Shown: in pieces, positions 38,374 through 46,601 of the stretch
Layout of the letters: every line of letters starts with the position of its first letter
Numbering within the stretch: position 1 is the first letter of the stretch
Assembly (NCBI GenBank): GCA_002070505.1
Contig: MWDJ01000003.1
Span: 14,103-78,102, forward strand
DNA length: 64,000 bases
Reading direction: 5' to 3'
From: Bacteroidetes bacterium ADurb.Bin145
GTDB taxonomy: Bacteria; Bacteroidota; Bacteroidia; Bacteroidales; VadinHA17
Position numbers and translations under genes: made by a program
The notes under the pieces: model-generated
Seen by the model: the letters and a program-made list of their open reading frames with translations, nothing else
Databases searched by the model: none
Told to the model about the DNA's origin: nothing

Positions 38374-38670
38374 TTACTTCTGGAATTTGAAGAATCGCTT
38401 TCCATCTGAATCCAATGCCGAAAGTACGTTTAGGATGGTCTGCACATTAAAATAGACGTTTGATTCTTTTATAAGCAAATAACTATACCGAGAAATTTTT
38501 GCTTTCTTGCAAAGTTCGGATACACTCATGCCTTTTTTTATCCTGAGTCCCTCTAATTTTACGCCAACTGCTTCCAGAAATGCTTTGTGTTCAGGTTTAA
38601 TCTTCTTTGGTGGCACATATTTTTTCTCTGACTGGACTGGTTGCAGGGTCAAGTTACTCTTTGCTTTCAT
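38374..38670 (-). CDS. XRE-family helix-turn-helix transcriptional regulator
   Basis: KAFLEAVGVKLEGLRIKKGMSVSELCKKAKISRYSYLLIKES parallels the downstream regulator (shared ..LEAVG..L..LR...). Confidence 0.65.
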   Translation of the reverse strand: MKAKSNLTLQPVQSEKKYVPPKKIKPEHKAFLEAVGVKLEGLRIKKGMSVSELCKKAKISRYSYLLIKESNVYFNVQTILNVLSALDSDGKRFFKFQK

Positions 38671-38754
38671 TGTAAAAATTTGACATAAAGGTAGTAATTG
38701 TACATTAAAATGGACGTGACTTGTTGTTGAAATTAAATATTATTCTTTACATTT

Positions 38755-38770
38755 GTCCATTATAATGGAC
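38755..38770. promoter_or_regulatory. perfect 16-bp palindromic operator candidate between divergent HTH and recombinase transcription units
   Basis: GTCCATTATAATGGAC read directly, with an extra AATGGAC half-site at 38709-38715. It lies 5 bp upstream of the ATG at 38776. Confidence 0.5.
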
Positions 38771-38775
38771 GCTTT

Positions 38776-38964
38776 ATGAATAATAAGCATAAAATAATGC
38801 ACCAAATTGTCTTTAACGAGAGAGATTATAATTCAGGCAATATGATTATTATGTTCATGGAAGAAAATAAGATGACAGAAGTTGTATCAATACCATTTTT
38901 ACGCACACAAGTTTTTTGTGAAAGACTTGAATCATATCGTATCGATGAGTTTAGTTTAAATTAA
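38776..38964 (+). CDS. small hypothetical protein
   Basis: 62-aa ORF directly upstream of the recombinase gene. No motif recognised, and coding status is uncertain. Confidence 0.3.
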   Translation: MNNKHKIMHQIVFNERDYNSGNMIIMFMEENKMTEVVSIPFLRTQVFCERLESYRIDEFSLN

Positions 38965-38975
38965 ATGTTAATTAT

Positions 38976-39551
38976 ATGAGAAAGGTAGCACTATATTGTC
39001 GTGTAAGTTTAAGCAATGGTAGCCAGACTACCGAAAATCAAAAAATCAGATTGATTGAATATGCTGAAAAATATGGATATCAATACGATATCTTCGAGGA
39101 AACCGAAAGTACTCGGAAGACCAGACCTGTTAAACAAGGGTTGCTGGCACGACTAAGAAACAAAGAATATGATGCTGTAATTATTTATAAATTAGACCGT
39201 TGGGCAAGGTCTTCAACTGAACTAATTCTTGACACAAAAGAACTTCTGGACAAGGGTGTTGGCTTTATTAGCATCAGCGATAATATTGATTTTACTACAG
39301 CAGCAGGAAAATTGCATTTCCAAATTTTGTCAGCATTTGCTGAATTTGAACGGGAATTAATAAGGGAACGCACGCTTGAAGGTCTACGCAGGGCAAAATT
39401 GCAGGGTAAACAGGCTGGAAGACCTAAAGGAAGTAAGGACACCAAAAAAAGAAGAAAATCTGGATATATTCTTAGAGAGGCAAGAAAGAAACAGAATCTG
39501 GACGCATTGAATGGAATAAATCATTCCATTGAAAGTTATATTGGAACTTAA
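38976..39551 (+). CDS. small serine recombinase (resolvase/invertase catalytic domain) with atypical basic C-terminal tail
   Basis: VALYCRVSLSNGSQTTENQ (catalytic Ser context), VIIYKLDRWARS, AEFERELIRERT..GL..AK..G...GRPKG. After GRPKG there is a Lys/Arg-rich tail instead of an obvious Hin-type HTH. Confidence 0.85.
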   Translation: MRKVALYCRVSLSNGSQTTENQKIRLIEYAEKYGYQYDIFEETESTRKTRPVKQGLLARLRNKEYDAVIIYKLDRWARSSTELILDTKELLDKGVGFISISDNIDFTTAAGKLHFQILSAFAEFERELIRERTLEGLRRAKLQGKQAGRPKGSKDTKKRRKSGYILREARKKQNLDALNGINHSIESYIGT

Positions 39552-39703
39552 TCTGAAAACTAATAAGCAAAAGAATCTTACATCTTGATTATCTGAATTG
39601 TCTAAGCAAATTGATACTAAGACTTTAGATATAAGGCAGAAACAGGCTGATAAATTGGTGGGTAATTGCTAACTTTCATGATTAAAACAGCCATTAATTA
39701 TTC

Positions 39704-40531
39704 ATGTTGATAAAAGACCATAGAGCAATATATATACACTGCGATGGGTCTATGATGCCAAATACAAAATCAAGCGGTGGAATCGGTTACATTATTAAAT
39801 TCCCTGACGAATTTGAATTGGAAGATATTAGCGACATAGAGGGGACATTTGAGGATGCTAATATAGAAAGATTAGAAATTTTGGCATTAATAAAAGGGAT
39901 GCAAGGTTTTATAGATTGGATTAGTAAAAGCCATTTCAATTTAACCACAGTATCTAAAATTGTTTTAATTACTGACCGATTTGATTTGCAGGATAATGAG
40001 AGAACAAATCCATATAAAATAAGTGAATGGCGCAAACATGCTGGGAAGAATTTCGAAGGTAAAGAAATTCTGAATTGGGATTTGCTTAATGAACTGGATA
40101 AAACAAGAAACAAACTCCGTAAATTAACATGGAAGACCGTACGAATTGAATATATAAGAAGAAAATTCAATAAGGAAGCAGACAAACTATCAAAAAAAGC
40201 CAGAGAAATTGGAATTCCGAATAAAATGATTGCAATAATCGGGCATAAAATCGGAAGAAGAAAATTTGATGGACAGGAAGTAGATTATAGAAAAATTAAT
40301 CCCCACGAAACAATAAATATTCATGTATTTAGAAAAAGACCCATAAAGGAGCAATGGGAAGTTAATGCTGAAATATTATCAGGAGATTCTATTGGAAGAC
40401 GAATTAAGATAATTACTGACTATACCTTACAAGAAAAACTAAATCGAGGAAATTTATTTATTGTAAAAATTAAGGCAGTTTACACATACCATGTTGAAAT
40501 CTTCCGTACAATAAAGAAAGTGAAAAAGTGA
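39704..40531 (+). CDS. RNase H (type 1, RVT_3-like) domain protein with unknown C-terminal extension of about 100 aa
   Basis: DEDD-type arrangement: IYIHCD14GS, NIE56RLEILAL, VLITD91R, FNKEAD160KLSK (the N..AD.L signature of RNase HI). Confidence 0.65.
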   Translation: MLIKDHRAIYIHCDGSMMPNTKSSGGIGYIIKFPDEFELEDISDIEGTFEDANIERLEILALIKGMQGFIDWISKSHFNLTTVSKIVLITDRFDLQDNERTNPYKISEWRKHAGKNFEGKEILNWDLLNELDKTRNKLRKLTWKTVRIEYIRRKFNKEADKLSKKAREIGIPNKMIAIIGHKIGRRKFDGQEVDYRKINPHETINIHVFRKRPIKEQWEVNAEILSGDSIGRRIKIITDYTLQEKLNRGNLFIVKIKAVYTYHVEIFRTIKKVKK

Positions 40532-41112
40532 ACCATTTGAAGCCCAGCAATAAAGAATTAGAATTTTTAACATTAGCCTACAATAGGTTTTATGATTTGT
40601 ATGATGAAGTTATGGAAGATAGTTTCTGGATTAAAAGTGAATGGGATAGGTTTTCAAAAATAAAACAGGCATTTGATATTTATAATGAAGTATTAGACTA
40701 CGAGCCTCTAAAACATGCAATCGAGAATTTAAAAACAGCACGACCTCCGATGGAATCTGAGATTGGAAGTGAATTATTCAAATTTGTAAGAAACGTTCTT
40801 TCTCATTTCCCATACTTTCAATCATGGAATTCCGTATGGATAAAAAAATCCATCATAAATTGGAATAAAGAAGGACTTACAATTGATAAGTTCCTGAAAA
40901 AATATGAGGGTCATGAACCAGTGAAATTTCGATTCTGGGAAGGGCAAAAGAAAAGGATGACATATTTGAATATTTGTTTCCCAGAACAATATATAATTGA
41001 CACGAATATTTGTCTTAAAGATATTATCTCAGAAAAAGAGGGTGTTATGTTTTCTTTCATTCTAATGAGAAAGATAATGGATACTCAGGTGTTTGAACTT
41101 AAACAAAAATAA
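40528..41112 (+). CDS. all-helical protein with RX4H motif (HEPN-like candidate), translationally coupled to the RNase H-like gene
   Basis: The GTG start overlaps the upstream TGA (GTGA). FVR88NVLSH93FPYF fits the HEPN R-x4-H motif (nt 40789-40806). The assignment rests on this motif only. Confidence 0.4.
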   Translation: MNHLKPSNKELEFLTLAYNRFYDLYDEVMEDSFWIKSEWDRFSKIKQAFDIYNEVLDYEPLKHAIENLKTARPPMESEIGSELFKFVRNVLSHFPYFQSWNSVWIKKSIINWNKEGLTIDKFLKKYEGHEPVKFRFWEGQKKRMTYLNICFPEQYIIDTNICLKDIISEKEGVMFSFILMRKIMDTQVFELKQK

Positions 41113-41193
41113 CCATACAATCCTCCCCCAAATAATCCCTACGTGAATTTTATATTATAAAACCCTGTCATCCTCCCCTGTAAAACGGGTATC

Positions 41194-41213
41194 AAATAAA
41201 CGTCCGTTTATTT
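41194..41213. terminator. hairpin between convergent genes
   Basis: AAATAAACG tc CGTTTATTT is a perfect 9-bp inverted repeat. It lies between 40528..41112 (+) and 41243..41698 (-). Confidence 0.4.
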
Positions 41214-41242
41214 GCCTATGATTATAAAGGAAAATTTGAATT

Positions 41243-41698
41243 CTATTTTTTATAAATTCCAATTATACCATTATTAAGAAGGTCAGAATAGTATTTTTTG
41301 TCCACAAAAAGTCCTTTCTTAATTGAGTTTAATATAAAAACATTTGTCAACTGTTTTATTGTCCAACCGCCAATAATGGATAGAACAGCATAAATCCATT
41401 CTTTTTTAAATAACAAATAAATTCCAAAGATAATTCCACCCCAAAACAGCAGGAGCAGTACTTGAACAACGATTTGCTTCCATTTATCAATGTATAGACG
41501 ATAGAATAAATTAATATACCGTTTAGGTAACCGATAGTCAACTTTCCCAAGTTTATACATTTGAACAAATTCTTCATGATTGAGTTTTAAACTGTTAATG
41601 TTTTCATTCCCAGTCATTCTTAGAACTTTTTTCAAGTTTTCCATTTTGAATAATGTTAATTTTAATGGTATAAATATATTCTTAGCATACGCCTTCAA
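41243..41698 (-). CDS. small membrane protein (two TM helices)
   Basis: IVVQVLLLLFWGGIIFGIYLLF and IYAVLSIIGGWTI hydrophobic segments. It is the last gene of a minus-strand string. The start may be the internal MENLKK. Confidence 0.4.
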   Translation of the reverse strand: MKAYAKNIFIPLKLTLFKMENLKKVLRMTGNENINSLKLNHEEFVQMYKLGKVDYRLPKRYINLFYRLYIDKWKQIVVQVLLLLFWGGIIFGIYLLFKKEWIYAVLSIIGGWTIKQLTNVFILNSIKKGLFVDKKYYSDLLNNGIIGIYKK

Positions 41699-41714
41699 TG
41701 TTTAATATAATTTA

Positions 41715-42467
41715 TTATTGATTCTTTTCCGCATTCATTTCCAAGAATAAATAATGTTTTTTGGGGTAAATTTTTAAAATATATTCATCTACATATAAGG
41801 TTGCAGACTCTTTATCATATCCGATTGATTCTAAATCTGCAATCATGTTTTTACGAGATAGATTATCTGTGTGGTCATATTTCTCAAAGAGTTCAGTTCT
41901 TTTCTTTAATTGCAATTTTTTTTCAAATTTCTTATCCTTTTCAAATTCTGAAATAATAGCAGAAATATAATTTATTAGTTCATTCTCATTTTTATATTGT
42001 CTGTAACCCTGACGAAAAATTAATGAATCCATAATAGTCTCCTTTACAATATCACTTGACTCCTCACTAAGACTTGACTTTTGTACCATTTCAGAAATCT
42101 TCCTTGTTACTCCAATTATTTTGACCAATTCACAGGGGAAAGGTTTTTCCTTAGAATAAATTTGAATCATCTCTCCAAGACCTTCATAATATAAGTCTTT
42201 CCATTTATCTGTTCTTCCACCTTCTGATTGCATATTTATTATGCAGGAAACCAGAACTGGTATAGAAGTGATAAATGGCATGTTTTCATTTGCCAGTATT
42301 TTAAGTTCTTTTGATACAAATATTGATTTGTATCTTTGGGAAAATAGAAATTTAGCAATTTCTTCTTCGCTTTTACATTTTTCTTTTTGATGAATCTTAA
42401 TAAAATTATTAATTGCCCATCTACCGATATCCTTCGGATTTGTGGAATATAGATTAATCTTCCCCAT
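41715..42467 (-). CDS. hypothetical protein
   Basis: 250-aa ORF in a minus-strand string, separated from its neighbours by 16 bp and 49 bp. No motif recognised. Confidence 0.4.
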   Translation of the reverse strand: MGKINLYSTNPKDIGRWAINNFIKIHQKEKCKSEEEIAKFLFSQRYKSIFVSKELKILANENMPFITSIPVLVSCIINMQSEGGRTDKWKDLYYEGLGEMIQIYSKEKPFPCELVKIIGVTRKISEMVQKSSLSEESSDIVKETIMDSLIFRQGYRQYKNENELINYISAIISEFEKDKKFEKKLQLKKRTELFEKYDHTDNLSRKNMIADLESIGYDKESATLYVDEYILKIYPKKHYLFLEMNAEKNQ

Positions 42468-42516
42468 TTTTTGAATTGCTTTTAACTTAATGCTATTGAA
42501 TATTAACTGTCTGCTT

Positions 42517-43131
42517 TTAGTTATCTTCTGTTTTTGTCATCCTTAATTCGCTTCTTATGAATCTGTTCATTGAATTGTAGTCCTTTGAATATTGTTGGAA
42601 GTAAATAGGTGGCAATTCACTTGTCAATTGGTTGATTCTATCATGCAACTCATCAGGTAAAGGTCTATCTTCTCCTTGCATATTCCTTTCATCAGACAGG
42701 TCACCATATATAGGGTAGGTTTTACGGACTTCCATAATTGCTTCTTCTTCTGAAAGTCCTCCTTGTATGAAAACTATAAATGAGCCATAACGAAAAAAGT
42801 TGTCTTCGCATTTGAGCATTTTTCTCTAAAGGTCACTGGGATTCCACCAGTGCCTAATATCATCTTTAGTAGCATCACCTAAAATTGCATTTTCAATAAT
42901 TATTTTACATTTTTCATTACCAGTATTACATTGCTCAATTAACTAATCTCCAAAGTTTTCTGGGAGATTATCCGTACCTTCTTGCTTCGAATCTGCATTA
43001 CACTGAATAATAGCATCTCGAATTTGTTTACGTGACAAACCTATTTGTCCAAATTTATTTATATAGTTATCTTCAGAAAACTTTTCAATTTCAGGCTTCT
43101 CTTTACCAAGAAGTTTATTTAACAATCTCAT
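42517..43131 (-). pseudogene. single 204-codon reading frame interrupted only by two in-frame TAG codons
   Basis: Track ORFs 42943..43131 and 42517..42819 are in the same frame (312 nt apart). The 38 codons between them (LIEQCNTGNEKCKIIIENAILGDATKDDIRHWWNPSDL) are open. The only stops are TAG at 42943-42945 and TAG at 42826-42828 (minus strand). Confidence 0.45.
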
Positions 43132-43309
43132 TATCTTAATTTTCTATTTATACTAGAACGAAATTCATTTATGTGGTTATTATATCACTGCAATTTAAGA
43201 ATAATACTTAATAATTATTTTTGTGATTATCTTTCAATTATCTTTATTTTTTAAGCAATTTACATATAGCAGACAATAATTGTTGAAATAAGAACTTACG
43301 TTTTTTTCT

Positions 43310-43888
43310 ATGAGTATTACAATAGATAATTATGATGATATTTCATTTGAAAGCATTACTAAAATGATTCAATTGCTTTCAGGTAAGGGTAATGACGAAA
43401 AAACTATTATGCAACTGACATCTGCGCTTGGCGTTTATATTCAAAAACTCCAAAAGGAATACAACTATCCTCCAGTTTTCCCTCTTGAATTATTACCTAT
43501 AACAAAATCAGAAATAAAAAAATGGGGATACGAATATGCATACCTTGTTGTCCAGAAGGAAGGGGGATTAAAGCAATTTCAACAAGATGGGGCATTATGT
43601 TTTACAAGATTTAGGGAAATATCAAAAATTCAATGGGAAGCAATAAAGACAGGTTCAATTGAATATCTTACACTATATAATGCAGAAATGCGAGATAAAG
43701 GATTTTCTGAAATAACCATTCCTGTTGAATATAAAACAATTATTGATAATTATCAAAAAGAATATAAATCCGAAGTTGTTCAATTGCATGGATACCTTAG
43801 GGGTAAGTCTCAATCAAAAGGCTGCCTAAAGAAGTCATTATTTATATTTATAACAGGTTTAATAATTATTTGGTTAATGGCTAATTAA
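43310..43888 (+). CDS. hypothetical protein with C-terminal TM anchor
   Basis: 192-aa ORF with the C-terminal segment LFIFITGLIIIWLMAN. No motif recognised. Confidence 0.4.
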   Translation: MSITIDNYDDISFESITKMIQLLSGKGNDEKTIMQLTSALGVYIQKLQKEYNYPPVFPLELLPITKSEIKKWGYEYAYLVVQKEGGLKQFQQDGALCFTRFREISKIQWEAIKTGSIEYLTLYNAEMRDKGFSEITIPVEYKTIIDNYQKEYKSEVVQLHGYLRGKSQSKGCLKKSLFIFITGLIIIWLMAN

Positions 43889-43911
43889 TTAAACCATAGT
43901 TTATTAAAATC

Positions 43912-44460
43912 ATGTTTAACCTATTATTTTGGATATTTATTAAATTTTTTCTTTTTGGAATAATTGTTTTTTTTCTTTCAATGGGATTAGTTGCTTTATT
44001 TCTTTATTATATAGGAATACCAATTGCCAAAATTGGATATAGAGTAGAATGGATTTATACATTTATTGTACATATAATTTTCATTTATTGTTATGGGATA
44101 TTTGGTGCATATTTTTGTGAACTTGTTTACCATTATTCAGTTGACCATAACTTACATAAAAAATGGGTCTTTATAATTTTATCATTAATGGCATTGTATT
44201 TATGTTATAATGAAACACTTAAGGAATTAAGAAACGAAAGGAATAAAATTGCTTCAAAAATGAATGTGACTTGGGAAATAAATCAAAGAATATCTACAAA
44301 TGTATTTAATAAAGAATTGTTTTTTAATCTGATTGTAATTGCTGGTTATAGAACGATATTTATGTCAATTATCAGTTTTATTTTATTCTTAATTTTCCCT
44401 TCATTAGTTGAAGTATTATACGGTACAATACCTTATACCTTTGCCAAACTTTTCTATTGA
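43912..44460 (+). CDS. polytopic membrane protein (4-5 TM helices)
   Basis: Several long hydrophobic segments (FLFGIIVFFLSMGLVALFLYYIGI, FIVHIIFIYCYGIFGAYF, FIILSLMALYL, FMSIISFILFLIF). Confidence 0.45.
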   Translation: MFNLLFWIFIKFFLFGIIVFFLSMGLVALFLYYIGIPIAKIGYRVEWIYTFIVHIIFIYCYGIFGAYFCELVYHYSVDHNLHKKWVFIILSLMALYLCYNETLKELRNERNKIASKMNVTWEINQRISTNVFNKELFFNLIVIAGYRTIFMSIISFILFLIFPSLVEVLYGTIPYTFAKLFY

Positions 44461-45027
44461 AAAAACAATGAACATATGAAACGCCTGTAAACTTCCCTAT
44501 TAATTCTGCTTTTTATAGGTGGCTTCTTTGAATATTCATATTAAAATTACCATAAACGTTCAGTTGCAGTTAATGCTGTTGACCATATGGTGAACCATGA
44601 CCAAGCCTAAGTACCCTGTCGTGGAATTCAATTAGTTCCAATAGTTCTGATTTGATAACCCTTACATTAACTACATTTCATCAATCTCTTGAGCATAAAA
44701 GTTTAACCTATTGCACTTGGTACGTCAGTCAAAAGAAAATCATATTCCTGACTTTCTTTCAAAAAAAACCGTATTATTTGCGAAGACTAAGTGTACACTA
44801 TAAAGTCGATATAAGATTAGACTTATCCTATATTTTCACCAACTAATTCTTAAAATTACTATCTTTGTACTTGAAACATCAAGAATCCTTTAATGGATAC
44901 CAACCGAGTATAACACCACGGTGGTAAAGCGATGTGGACGGTCTGTCAAAAATGTTAGTAATTACGACTTTCCAGATTGAACTTGATGTGAAAAGTAATT
45001 TTTTGTCTAACAGTAACTTTTTACATT

Positions 45028-45270
45028 ATGGAAGAATATTGGAATTTGAAGGAAATCCACAACTTTAGTGAGTACTTTAGGCATAAGAAATACCATATTT
45101 ATAAACTTGTCGAACCTTTGTGGCAAAGGTATTTGACTGGGTATTTGGATTATCCCATAACAACGTTTGAGAATTATCTGATAAGCCAGTGGTCAATAGT
45201 TTTCAGACCAGAGACAATTCGTTTAGAAATAACAATCTGGTTTGAAATTAGAAACAAAATCCTTCAATAA
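45028..45270 (+). CDS. small hypothetical protein
   Basis: 80-aa ORF, first of three same-strand ORFs. No motif recognised. Confidence 0.3.
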   Translation: MEEYWNLKEIHNFSEYFRHKKYHIYKLVEPLWQRYLTGYLDYPITTFENYLISQWSIVFRPETIRLEITIWFEIRNKILQ

Positions 45271-45281
45271 CTCTTATAACC

Positions 45282-45665
45282 ATGAAAATAGTAGGTAATT
45301 TATTGGTTCTGAACTCCATTGAAAGATTATTTATAGAATGGTGTAATTTGCCATTCAATCTTTATATATCGGTATTGTGGAGAGGATTATACTTCGCTGT
45401 TAAAATTGAGGCATTTAAAATTGAAAATGGTTCGACCAGAATTGCCACATTTTATTTCAACAATAAGAAATATGCCTACGGTCTTACTAAATGGAAATAT
45501 ATGGGCGGACATCATGGAGATTGTTTTCCAGTAATTGAAACATCAACACACAAATTAAAGTTTCATTTAGCACTTGATTTCTTAGAAGTTAAAGATGTTT
45601 CAAAGGATTCATCAGATAAAATCGAGCAGGGAGATAATCCTTTTGTAATATTTTATCAATCTTGA
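45282..45665 (+). CDS. hypothetical protein
   Basis: 127-aa ORF located 11 bp after the previous ORF. No motif recognised. Confidence 0.35.
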   Translation: MKIVGNLLVLNSIERLFIEWCNLPFNLYISVLWRGLYFAVKIEAFKIENGSTRIATFYFNNKKYAYGLTKWKYMGGHHGDCFPVIETSTHKLKFHLALDFLEVKDVSKDSSDKIEQGDNPFVIFYQS

Positions 45666-45701
45666 AAGTTGAAATTGAGAATGACCTGAAAAAAATAATA
45701 T

Positions 45702-46445
45702 ATGATAGAAATAATCCTACACATTCCTCACTCATCCACTGATATCCCATCATATGATGGTTATATAGTTGATAAAGAAACCATAAAAAATGAAGTTAAT
45801 CTTTTAACAGACTGGTTTACTGATGATTTGTTTGATTTGCCATACTCAAAAATTATAACACCTTTCTCAAGAGTATTCTGTGATGTTGAGAGGTTTCATG
45901 ATGATTCGAAAGAGATAATGTCACGATACGGAATGGGGATGTGTTACACGCACACAGATAATGGTAATCTGATGCGTATGATAAGTCCAGAATTGAGAGA
46001 TAAAATTAAATTTGAATTTTATGACCAACATCACACTCTACTCAAACAATCAATCTCGAAAAGCCTTACAATATTTGAAAAGGTAGTGATTATCGATTGT
46101 CATTCGTTTCCAGATATACCTTTATATAGGGATTTAAATAAAGAAATGTCAAGACCTGATTTTTGTATTGGAACTGATGAATACCATACTCCAGATAGTA
46201 TTAAACAAATTGTCAAAGACTATCTTATTAACAAAGGATTCAGTGTAAAATTTAATAACCCATATTCAGGTACAATGATACCATTGAAATATTCAAATAA
46301 AGAAAAGAGAGTAATAGGATTAATGATTGAAATAAACAGAAAACTATATATGGATATTAAAAAAAGTGTAATTGTAAAGAGCAATAATTATTTGAATATT
46401 AAGAACTTGATTAATACGTTAATAATAAACATATTAAATTTATGA
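45702..46445 (+). CDS. N-formylglutamate amidohydrolase (FGase, PF05013-like) family protein
   Basis: IILHIPHSSTDIP, FCDVERF and VIIDCHSFP match the FGase metal-ligand blocks. Confidence 0.6.
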   Translation: MIEIILHIPHSSTDIPSYDGYIVDKETIKNEVNLLTDWFTDDLFDLPYSKIITPFSRVFCDVERFHDDSKEIMSRYGMGMCYTHTDNGNLMRMISPELRDKIKFEFYDQHHTLLKQSISKSLTIFEKVVIIDCHSFPDIPLYRDLNKEMSRPDFCIGTDEYHTPDSIKQIVKDYLINKGFSVKFNNPYSGTMIPLKYSNKEKRVIGLMIEINRKLYMDIKKSVIVKSNNYLNIKNLINTLIINILNL

Positions 46446-46601
46446 CGTGTGCCAAACAGGTGATTTCATCTCCGCGCTAACTGCAACCATTGGGGAAGCA
46501 TCCCGTAAAATGAAATCAGATTTATGTTTCACTTTAATCTTTCTTAATTACGAAATTGATGTTATTATTCAATAATTTATTCCCGTTTCTCCTATATTAT
46601 G

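Noticed and set aside
38136-38405. The upstream 90 codons of track ORF 37893..38405, which gives 170 aa.
   Set aside because: This part of the sequence is Cys/Ser/Arg-rich with no HTH context and overlaps the stop of the neighbouring regulator. The XRE-type domain starts at the internal MPRKEISKK.
42517-43131. Host-wide TAG reassignment as the explanation for the two in-frame amber codons.
   Set aside because: TAG clearly terminates at least one well-supported host gene: the SpoIIE phosphatase ends ...CTA CGA TAG at 22920-22922. Any readthrough would therefore have to be local or conditional, and a pseudogene remains the simplest reading.
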